Source: an uncultured Wenzhouxiangellaceae bacterium (GTDB lineage: Bacteria; Pseudomonadota; Gammaproteobacteria; Xanthomonadales; SZUA-36). Taken from it: a stretch of 32,000 bases of DNA. The notes beneath the pieces were generated by a model. It ran no database searches. It was not told the DNA's origin and saw nothing but the letters and a program-made list of their open reading frames with translations. A program made the translations under genes and the position numbers. Shown here piece after piece: positions 8,291-15,300 of the stretch; position 1 is the stretch's first letter, and each line of letters opens with the position of its first letter. The stretch spans positions 65,572 through 97,571 of the forward strand of contig CAYYCX010000004.1 in the NCBI GenBank assembly GCA_964470455.1, read 5' to 3'.

Positions 8291-9652
8291 TCACCTGCTA
8301 CTCGTTGGCCTTAAACCCAATGACGCCAATCGCTGCCCCAAATCAGTCGGCGCAAAGAAAACGTATGCATTGCCCTGTCTGGCTTTTTCCAACAGGCCTA
8401 AAGCCTCCAGTCCGAGCAGATCGGTTCGTGCCGTCTGGTAGACGACGCCATGCGACCGCTTATGTGTATCCATCCGGTAGGCGGCTCCTGGATTGCGCAG
8501 GGCATGATTCAGCAGAGCCTGCTGGCGGTGATTGAAGCGCCCGCGCAAGGCAGGTGAGCGGGCCAGCAAACGTTCGGTTTCTCCTCGTTCACGGGTCTTG
8601 CGTTCGACGTATGCGTGCAAAGCGGCAATGGCTTTTCGGATGGTCTTCAGTTGATGAATGAGGAAATAGGTAGTGTCGTTATGCCCTGTTTCGGTATGCA
8701 GATAAGCACGCACGTATTGCGCTGGAGCCTTGCGCAGGATATGGCTGATGGAAGTGTATTCCATCAACCAGTAGCCGCTGCGCGCCATGGACCAGTAGAA
8801 CAGCGCCCGCGCGGTACGGCCGTTTCCATCAGCGAACGGATGATCGTAGCCCAGCATGAAATGCAACAGGATGGCCCGGAGAACGGGATGCACGAATGGC
8901 AATGAATTTTCATCCGCATTGGCGAAGTCGCACAGCCGTTGCATGCGTTCAGGCAACTCCCTGTACGAAGGTGGCTGATGCAATACCGTGTGGTCGCGCT
9001 CATCAACAATCCGTACCTCATCGTTCTGCCGGTATCGACCGGCATCCTGCGGGTTCTCCAGCGTGCCATCGGTGATCATCCGGTGCAGTTCCAGCACAAG
9101 AGCCGGTGTAAGCAGCTCGTGGCGCAACGAGCGCAGATGCTCCATCGCCTGGTAGTTGTTGAAGATCATCCGCTCGCTGTGATCGCGGGGTTTGCGGCCG
9201 CTGCGCAGCATGTCCGCGGCTATCCGGCGCGTGGTTGCGGCGCCTTCGAGCTGGCTGGAAGTGATGGCCTCTTCCACCAGAGAGCTGATCAGAAACCGCT
9301 GGGATTCCGTCTGTAGCGGTGCGCCGGCGGCAGACTGGATGTGCCCTGCCGCATCACGATCAATATGATGCAGGTCGAGGGCAACCGGACCCGGAACCGC
9401 GAATACGAATGGTTCGCCCTGTTTATCCAACAGGGGCAGCGATTCCAGTAATGCCGAACGGGCCAGACTGACCGCAGCCCACCACTCATCATGGGACAAG
9501 TTTCCGGGTGCCTGTCGCCGTTTCAGCTCGTCCCAATGCAGGTACTTGCCAGTCGGCAAGGGGGTTTGATGCGCAAACAAATCCGACATGCGATCTGCGG
9601 ACAGATGCTCAAAAGCCCAATCCAGAGTGGGTGCGTGCTCGGGAATTCGCAT
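8291..9652 (-). CDS. Fic family protein (class II; AMPylase-type Fic domain with an intramolecular inhibitory motif and a C-terminal wHTH-like region)
   Basis: 453 aa. The canonical Fic motif HPFADGNGRTAR is present. The upstream TSSQLEGA fits the [S/T]xxxE[G/N] inhibitory-helix motif. The gene is convergent with the MTHFR-like gene across a 22-nt gap. Confidence 0.9.
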   Translation of the reverse strand: MRIPEHAPTLDWAFEHLSADRMSDLFAHQTPLPTGKYLHWDELKRRQAPGNLSHDEWWAAVSLARSALLESLPLLDKQGEPFVFAVPGPVALDLHHIDRDAAGHIQSAAGAPLQTESQRFLISSLVEEAITSSQLEGAATTRRIAADMLRSGRKPRDHSERMIFNNYQAMEHLRSLRHELLTPALVLELHRMITDGTLENPQDAGRYRQNDEVRIVDERDHTVLHQPPSYRELPERMQRLCDFANADENSLPFVHPVLRAILLHFMLGYDHPFADGNGRTARALFYWSMARSGYWLMEYTSISHILRKAPAQYVRAYLHTETGHNDTTYFLIHQLKTIRKAIAALHAYVERKTRERGETERLLARSPALRGRFNHRQQALLNHALRNPGAAYRMDTHKRSHGVVYQTARTDLLGLEALGLLEKARQGNAYVFFAPTDLGQRLASLGLRPTSSR

Positions 9653-9753
9653 TTTCTACTAAATTACCTATAAATTAGTAGAAATTAGTATAGGCGGGTA
9701 TTTGTGACAGAGTCCAGTCAATTTCTACTAATCTGTTTGAAAATTAGTAAAAA
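9653..9753. promoter_or_regulatory. Two copies of a 10-12-10 inverted-repeat operator candidate upstream of fic
   Basis: First copy: TTTCTACTAA (9653-9662), 12 nt, TTAGTAGAAA (9675-9684). Second copy: TTTCTACTAA (9722-9731), 12 nt, TTAGTAAAAA (9744-9753). An extra TTAGTA half-site lies at 9685-9690. The first copy abuts the fic start codon. Confidence 0.5.
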
Positions 9754-10018
9754 ACGCCCCAGAAACAGCATCAAGCCAAAAGCGCTTGGAAATCCCGAGG
9801 CCAAATCCAAATCAAACTCGGGACCTTTCAGTCATTGCTCGGCTTACAGGAGTGCAAGCTTTTTACATTCACCAGGCATGCGTAAGTAAAATGCAATAAG
9901 ATACCAAGGCCTAATGTAACCAGTTGAGATCAAGAATGATCCCAAAATCAGCGCAAATCTTGTTTGCACCGATAAGCAATGCTGCCCCCATTCGACAGAA
10001 TAATCCGAGGCCCAATCT

Positions 10019-10357
10019 ATGAGCAGTGTCATCATCCGAAAGCTGGATTCACTCAGGAAAGCCGGCGCGATGAATATTACAGATGTCGCGAATGTCCTGG
10101 GCACCACCCCAGCCACCGTTTCCCGCTGGAATAGCGGCAAGGCATCACCGCAGCGTGCCAAGGAACTTTTGCTCGTTGAGCTTGAGTATGTTGTTGACCG
10201 CTTGCAGGAGTTCTACACGCCCGAGGAAGCCAGACTCTGGATTTTTTCGCGGCACCGCCTGCTGCAAGACCGAAAGCCCGCAGACCTGATCCAGGAGGGC
10301 AATATCGAGCCTGTGCTGGCTGCCATTGAGCAACTGGACGACCTGGTTTACGTATAG
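10019..10357 (+). CDS. Xre-type HTH / DUF2384 (ParS/MbcA-like) antitoxin
   Basis: 112 aa. The N-terminal HTH is NITDVANVLGTTPATVSRWNSGK. The C-terminal part EARLWIFSRHRLLQDRKPADLIQEGNIEPVLAAIEQL follows the DUF2384 pattern. It lies 18 nt upstream of a RES-domain gene. Confidence 0.8.
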   Translation: MSSVIIRKLDSLRKAGAMNITDVANVLGTTPATVSRWNSGKASPQRAKELLLVELEYVVDRLQEFYTPEEARLWIFSRHRLLQDRKPADLIQEGNIEPVLAAIEQLDDLVYV

Positions 10358-10375
10358 GCGACCGAATAACGCCTC

Positions 10376-10903
10376 ATGGCAAGTTCATCCGTACATGACC
10401 CGAAAATTCTCGATGTGCTCAGCACACTGGATGTTGCGTCTCTGGAGACTCAAGTTTATCGGGCAGTATTTCAAGGACGGGATCCTACCGTTGGCAGCCT
10501 CGCAGGTGGCAGATGGTCGCCCCCTCAGACGTTTGAAGCACTGTACACAAGCTTTGAACCGCAATGCGCTATTGCCGAAGTCTATTTTCACCTGAATCGA
10601 CAACCCGTATTCCCGTCCCGACCGGTTGAACTTCACACACTGGGCATCGTTACTCAACGCACCATTGATATTTCCACAGACAAAGCCATGAGCGCTCTGG
10701 GATTGAATGAAAAAGTCCTGACATCGCTCGATTACACCCCTTGCCAGGACATAGGCCACGCCGCTGAGTTCCTGGGCTTTGATTCGTTGTGTGTCAGAAG
10801 CGCGCGATGCAGCTCAAACAATATGGTGATTATCGTTGGTCACCTGGCTACGGTAATTGAGCCGAAATCTTTCAAGGTTATCGATTGGTCGGAAGCCTAT
10901 TGA
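10376..10903 (+). CDS. RES-domain toxin (ParT/MbcT-type NAD+-targeting toxin family)
   Basis: 175 aa. The R-E-S signature positions are visible (GGRWSPP ... AIAEVYFH ... LCVRSAR). Its size and its position after the Xre/DUF2384 antitoxin are typical. Confidence 0.85.
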   Translation: MASSSVHDPKILDVLSTLDVASLETQVYRAVFQGRDPTVGSLAGGRWSPPQTFEALYTSFEPQCAIAEVYFHLNRQPVFPSRPVELHTLGIVTQRTIDISTDKAMSALGLNEKVLTSLDYTPCQDIGHAAEFLGFDSLCVRSARCSSNNMVIIVGHLATVIEPKSFKVIDWSEAY

Positions 10904-10926
10904 AGACAATCAGGCCAGTGGCGGCC

Positions 10927-10990
10927 AACCGGGCTGGCCCGCAGCCTGGACGTTCCCGCGGGAACGTGGGGGTGGCGGCCGGGCCTGGTT
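10927..10990. repeat. GC-rich nested imperfect palindrome/hairpin between convergent genes
   Basis: The apex is the perfect 18-bp palindrome ACGTTCCCGCGGGAACGT (10950-10967). It is concentric with the outer arms AACCGGGC (10927-10934) / GCCTGGTT (10983-10990) and the inner pairs 10939-10942 / 10975-10978. It sits in otherwise AT-richer sequence and has no T-run. Confidence 0.5.
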
Positions 10991-11100
10991 TGACGGCGGT
11001 ATGCCATTGGTTCTCCCCGACTTTCCGGACGCTCAGTAAGAGCGATTCAAAGTGCGAGGGATGACTGGTGTGCCTTGGTAAGCGTTTTCACAGTACTCAT

Positions 11101-11631
11101 TTATTTTTCTGTTGTGGTTAGCGTGGACCACGATACTCGCGCATGTGTTCCATCGCCTTTTGAAAGTTTCTTTCTGCCAATAAGCCGGGCTTCGAATTCA
11201 AAGTCTTTGGATATTTTTACAACCACTAGTTTATTGAAGTTGCCGGCGCGCTTGACTTGAACTTGCTCCCCGGCTTTTTCTGGAGAGATGGTCTTTACCT
11301 CAACAAAATCATTGCCCAATCTGCCGTCCGAACCCCTTGTATGTGGCTTGTGTCGCTTGATGCCGTACTTAATTTCCGCATAGAGCTCTCCTAACTCACC
11401 CCAGATTTGCAGGTAGCGGTCTGTCAGGGCGTGGTACGAGATTGCACTCTCAACCAAGCTCTCGAAAATAAACACCAATTCAGGATCGGGCTGTGACAGT
11501 CCGGTTGATAATTCTTTCTCATCTAAGGGCTGCCACTCCCAAGGGTTATACCCACAGGCAGCGGCATCAGCTATTTGCTCTGAGCTATAGCCTTCGTTAT
11601 GCATGTCGTGCAGAAAGTCCCAATCGCTCAT
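11101..11631 (-). CDS. Hypothetical protein (possible PD-(D/E)xK-like C-terminal core, unverified)
   Basis: 176-aa ORF with no competing frame. The C-terminal part GSDGRLGNDFVEVKTISP...LVVVKI has a D...E-x-K arrangement. I recognise no family with confidence. Confidence 0.55.
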   Translation of the reverse strand: MSDWDFLHDMHNEGYSSEQIADAAACGYNPWEWQPLDEKELSTGLSQPDPELVFIFESLVESAISYHALTDRYLQIWGELGELYAEIKYGIKRHKPHTRGSDGRLGNDFVEVKTISPEKAGEQVQVKRAGNFNKLVVVKISKDFEFEARLIGRKKLSKGDGTHARVSWSTLTTTEK

Positions 11632-11681
11632 GAGTTCGCCTTATTGCCTAACGTTGTGCTGGAGCAGCGCCGGCCAGAAAA

Positions 11682-11939
11682 CTACTGCGAAGCGCTACCG
11701 CGCTTTCCCCGGCGCCCACCCGGAGCGCTGGTTATGCGTGATGCTTCCTCTGCGATACTCAACAAGCCGTGCAAAGCATCATTAACTGCCTTTGAGGTGG
11801 GAAAGGCCTTGGCTATGTCCGGCTCAAGTAAAGCAACTGATGTGCCCTTTCGTACCTCGGCGTGAAACTTCCCACGCTCAAGTTTCTTGAAATCGGATCG
11901 TTTGTACTCGCTACGTATTTCGTCTTTAGCCTTCTTCAT
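11682..11939 (-). CDS. Small hypothetical protein, antitoxin-like pattern
   Basis: I prefer the ATG at 11939 (MKKAKDEIRSEYKRSDFKKLERGKF...LLEPDIAKAFPTSKAVNDALHGLL). This (E/D)-I/M-R-x-EY...RGK...L-(D/E)PD-x-AK-x-FP-x-S-x-x-VN-x-AL pattern recurs in small TA-partner proteins. That link is from memory, not from a search. Confidence 0.5.
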   Translation of the reverse strand: MKKAKDEIRSEYKRSDFKKLERGKFHAEVRKGTSVALLEPDIAKAFPTSKAVNDALHGLLSIAEEASRITSAPGGRRGKRGSASQ

Positions 11940-11964
11940 ACAGTTCTCGTATTTGGACACTCTG

Positions 11965-12185
11965 TTACCCGCGACCATACGCCAGCACAAACTGAAATGA
12001 CCGGAGGCATGGATAGGTTTCAGGGATTACGTCCTTCATGGGGTGTTTCTTCTCGATTGCAGCAGCTATCTCTGATATGAAGTTTGGAACCGTAGTGATC
12101 TCGATGTCCTTACCCCAAGTGCTGGTTGGTTGTGACCTTGAAGTACCGATTATGGCCCGCTTCTGAATTGTGGCAGGCTTTGTGC
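11965..12185 (-). pseudogene. 3' portion of a small gene split by the IS3-family insertion
   Basis: The frame is open from the IS left end to the stop at 11965 (…STKPATIQKRAIIG...IPETYPCLRSFQFVLAYGRG). It is in frame with the 5' portion at 13505-13760 once 12186-13504 is removed. Confidence 0.6.
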
Positions 12186-12235
12186 TGAATCGCCCCGGGT
12201 TTTGAGGAGGCTCCAACCTTTGAGAGAATGGAGCC

Positions 12236-12559
12236 ATGAACACATCTACGAAGTTTTCCCCGGAAGTCCGAGAACGCGCTGTGCGTATGGTGCAGGAGCA
12301 TCGCGGTGATTACCCCTCCCTTTGGGCGACGATTGAATCGATTGCACCGAAGATCGGCTGTGTACCGCAGACCCTGCATCAATGGGTACGCAGGTATGAG
12401 ATCGACAATGGCATTCGGGACGGTGTCAGCAGCGAAGAGCGTGATCGGATCAAGGCATTGGAACGTGAGGTGAAAGAGCTGCGGCGGGCCAACGAGATTT
12501 TGAAGCTGGCCAGTGCGTTTTTCGCCCAGGCGGAGCTCGACCGCCGTCTCAAGTCCTGA
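12236..12559 (+). CDS. IS3-family transposase OrfA (HTH / leucine-zipper part)
   Basis: 107 aa. [16 protein letters not shown]...[18 protein letters not shown] and the [29 protein letters not shown] coiled-coil tail are typical of IS3 OrfA. Confidence 0.85.
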   Translation: MNTSTKFSPEVRERAVRMVQEHRGDYPSLWATIESIAPKIGCVPQTLHQWVRRYEIDNGIRDGVSSEERDRIKALEREVKELRRANEILKLASAFFAQAELDRRLKS

Positions 12560-12612
12560 ACGCTTTTATCGACAGTCAACGAGATACCTACGGGGTCGAG
12601 CCCATCTGCAAG

Positions 12613-13464
12613 GTGCTGCAGATGGCACCGTCGGGGTATCGGCGCCACGCGGCACGCCAACGTAATCCGATGCTGCGTTGTGCCCGTGATCAGCGTGATG
12701 AGCTGCTGATGCCACAGATCCAGCAGGTATGGGACCGGAATATGCGGGTCTACGGTGCCGATAAAGTCTGGCGACAGATGAACCGGGAAGGCATAGCGGT
12801 TGCCCGCTGTACAGTTGAACGCTTGATGCAGCGCATGCAGTTGCAAGGTGCACGGCGCGGCAAGGTGGTTAAGACCACGCTGGCGGATAAAGGCGCCGTC
12901 TGCCCCCTGGACAAGGTCAACCGGCAGTTCAAGGCCAGTCGTCCCGATGAGCTGTGGGTGTCGGACTTTACCTATGTCTCAACCTGGCAGGGCTGGCTGT
13001 ACGTGGCTTTTGTCATCGACGTCTTTGCGCGGCGCATCGTGGGTTGGCGGGTCAGCCACTCCATGCAAACCGACTTTGTCCTCGATGCGCTGGAACAGGC
13101 GTTGTATGACCGACGGCCGGCAGGAGGCAGTTCACTGATCCATCACAGCGACCGAGGCTCGCAATACCTCTCCATCCGTTACAGCGAGCGTCTCGCCGAA
13201 GCGGGCATAGAACCCTCTGTAGGTAGTCGTGGAGACAGCTATGACAATGCCCTGGCCGAGACCATCAACGGCTTGTACAAGACCGAACTGATCCACCGCT
13301 GCGGGCCGTGGAAAACGAGGCAATCGGTAGAAATGGAAACTCTGCGCTGGGTACACTGGTTCAACCACCAGCGACTACTGGAACCGATTGGCTATATCCC
13401 TCCGGCTGAAGCTGAGGCAAACTACTGGCGGCTACTCGCTGAGAACGAAAAGCGTGCTGCTTGA
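12613..13464 (+). CDS. IS3-family transposase OrfB (DDE catalytic domain), probably expressed as an OrfAB fusion
   Basis: The DDE pattern is present: WVSDFTYV ... HHSDRGSQY ... YDNALAET. The frame is -1 relative to orfA and is open from 12445 (…[27 protein letters not shown]). The T5 run GCGTTTTTCGCC (12515-12526) is a candidate slippery site. Confidence 0.85.
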   Translation: MLQMAPSGYRRHAARQRNPMLRCARDQRDELLMPQIQQVWDRNMRVYGADKVWRQMNREGIAVARCTVERLMQRMQLQGARRGKVVKTTLADKGAVCPLDKVNRQFKASRPDELWVSDFTYVSTWQGWLYVAFVIDVFARRIVGWRVSHSMQTDFVLDALEQALYDRRPAGGSSLIHHSDRGSQYLSIRYSERLAEAGIEPSVGSRGDSYDNALAETINGLYKTELIHRCGPWKTRQSVEMETLRWVHWFNHQRLLEPIGYIPPAEAEANYWRLLAENEKRAA

Positions 13465-13504
13465 ACTTAAACCAAATGGCCTCCACGAAACCCGGGGCGA
13501 TTCA

Positions 13505-13760
13505 TCCCTGTAATAGCTGCATACTCGGCTGCAGAATAAACAAATTTCTTCCTCAAGAACTTCTCTTCTCGTTTTTCCCAGCTCAATGCATCCCATGAGG
13601 TTTCCAAATGCACCAATTTCTTGCTTGCGGGATCATATGCCAGAACGTCCAGCTCGTTATCCCAGCCGCCTTTCCCGCGCCTGTTCGCTTTGATGTTCGT
13701 GCGCACAAAATACCCTTGAATGGCGTACCACTCTGCAGCAAGGGATTCGAGAAAGTTCAT
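13505..13760 (-). pseudogene. 5' portion of a small gene split by the IS3-family insertion (first gene downstream of the pAgo gene)
   Basis: A strong RBS (AAGGAG, 5 nt, ATG at 13760) precedes it. The sequence reads MNFLESLAAEWYAIQGYFVRTNI...GGWDNELDVLAYDP...LVHLETSWD...AAEYAAITG and then runs into the IS right end. The last 12 aa of the tracked ORF are IS-encoded. Confidence 0.6.
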
Positions 13761-13872
13761 TCGTGCTCCTTGCAGTTAACGCTAATGCTCAGCCGTGCAC
13801 CGCTTCGACGCGTGCGCTGGAGTTACTTGTTGGGCAGCTTTGTTCTCCGTCACTATGTGCTCAATGACGCGC

Positions 13873-15300
13873 CTACATAAAAAATCTGTAGTTGTACACG
13901 TCATCAACAATTTCCGGTGTGCCCTTCACAACATTAGCAAATCGCTGAGAGTACACTAGCGTCGCCGGCAATGTCTTATAAAGTGTGTTGTTGTTCCAGT
14001 CACACTTGGTAAGCGAATATACACTCAGGCAGGTGTCATGCCAGCCACCCACCCCCGACCAGCGCCTGAGTAATAAGGGGTTCGGTGTAGGCTTGAAAAC
14101 GGCCTCTTTAAAGACAGGTCGATTCGCCTGTTGGGCATTTACGCCGGACACGCTACCCTGTGTCCACAGCAGGCATTCAGTTTCAGTAAGCGGCAGATAG
14201 CTACCACGATCAAGCGGATAGGCAGCCGGCCGTGCTTTCTGATGCGGGGGCTGCGGCAGATCGACTTTGAGACCGTGCCACTCCGTACTTCGGATGATCT
14301 GGATGAGTTCCACCTCGGTCTTTGAACCAAATGCGTCCAGCGCGCCCTGGATTTCTTCCTCCGTAAAACGCGTCGACTTGTGAACGAAAATTTTGCGCGG
14401 CACATGTGCGTAGTGGCCGTTTTGATAGAGCATGAGGCTGCGCGAAAGAACGGACATCATTTCCTGATAGCTCAAATACGGATTCCCTCTCCTGTCCGTC
14501 TCGAATTCCCGCGTGTCATAGGCGACAAATTCAAAACCTGTCCCGTCCGGATCGAAGATCTGGCTACAACATGTGCTGTATTCCATACCATCTCCATGCT
14601 TGCGCATCGCATAGCTAAGGCCGATATAGGCCTCGTCACGATCAAAGTCCGCAAGCTTCCACGGAATCCCGCCGGCTTTGGCATAGAGAGCGACCGTAAT
14701 GCCCCACATCGCCTGCGAACGGCAGGTACGTGAGAATACAGTTTCATTCATGATCTGCACGGGAATGCCGAGCGGCGCTATCAGTGCTTTTAGTCGGTCG
14801 TGGAGATTAAAACCTTCGTACGTAAATGCGTTTTTCCACTCCGGTGGTAGATAGATCATGAGCACATCGAAAGAGCCACGCTTCGCCCGCGTAGCGCCGA
14901 TGGCGTGAACGAGTGCGCGCACAAGCCCCTCGCCATTCTGTGCCTGTGCAAGGCGCCCACATTCATCCGGTGGCATAAACTTTAGGGCATCATTCGCCGG
15001 AACGAGCGGAACGCGAAATACGCTCTCAAAGCCCGGATACTCAAAATAGTAATTCTGTGCTTCTCTCACTTGCGCCTTGCGCTGCATTTCGGAGGCGATG
15101 TGCTCGATCCGGTTAATGCGATCAGCGGGTGCCAGATAGGCAAGCCGCACCTGCGCCGGAAAACCAAGATCACGACTGTATGGTCCATTTGCGATCAGAC
15201 CCCGAAGCGGGTGCGTGTCAGTCTTCTTGTCCGCAAACAAGAGAGCCGGTTCTGGGAGCATGCCATGTGCGGATAGTTCTTCGTGCCGCTGCGCGTTCAT
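13873..15300 (-). CDS. Short prokaryotic Argonaute (MID-PIWI only, predicted catalytically inactive)
   Basis: 475 aa, too short to carry N/PAZ domains. A MID 5'-end pocket-like H-K-Q-K pattern is present ([20 protein letters not shown]...[11 protein letters not shown]). The PIWI-like AYIGLSYA and IFVHKSTRF occupy the places where active Agos have IGxD and RDG. The ATG overlaps the stop of the SIR2-APAZ gene (ATGA). Confidence 0.85.
   Translation of the reverse strand: MNAQRHEELSAHGMLPEPALLFADKKTDTHPLRGLIANGPYSRDLGFPAQVRLAYLAPADRINRIEHIASEMQRKAQVREAQNYYFEYPGFESVFRVPLVPANDALKFMPPDECGRLAQAQNGEGLVRALVHAIGATRAKRGSFDVLMIYLPPEWKNAFTYEGFNLHDRLKALIAPLGIPVQIMNETVFSRTCRSQAMWGITVALYAKAGGIPWKLADFDRDEAYIGLSYAMRKHGDGMEYSTCCSQIFDPDGTGFEFVAYDTREFETDRRGNPYLSYQEMMSVLSRSLMLYQNGHYAHVPRKIFVHKSTRFTEEEIQGALDAFGSKTEVELIQIIRSTEWHGLKVDLPQPPHQKARPAAYPLDRGSYLPLTETECLLWTQGSVSGVNAQQANRPVFKEAVFKPTPNPLLLRRWSGVGGWHDTCLSVYSLTKCDWNNNTLYKTLPATLVYSQRFANVVKGTPEIVDDVYNYRFFM

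Larger units (their letters stand above)
12186..13504 (+). mobile_element. IS3-family insertion sequence (1319 bp) with orfA/orfB in a -1 frameshift arrangement
   Basis: The terminal inverted repeats are TGAATCGCCCCGGGTTTTGAGGAGGC (12186-12211) and the reverse complement of GCCTCCACGAAACCCGGGGCGATTCA (13479-13504), 24/26 identical with TG...CA ends. Two ORFs are typical of IS3. No clean target-site duplication is visible (flanks TGC / TCC). Confidence 0.85.

Noticed and set aside
9704-10161. ORFs 9704-9889 (+) and 9844-10161 (-) in the AT-rich spacer between fic and the Xre antitoxin gene.
   Set aside because: They have no start context and mutually overlap. One overlaps the antitoxin gene in antisense. 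The region is better explained as promoter/operator DNA.
12110-12382. A 90-aa minus-strand ORF and the first 19 codons of ORF 11965-12243, both extending into the IS.
   Set aside because: These segments read through the IS3 left inverted repeat and orfA in antisense. They are read-through artefacts created by the insertion, not genes.
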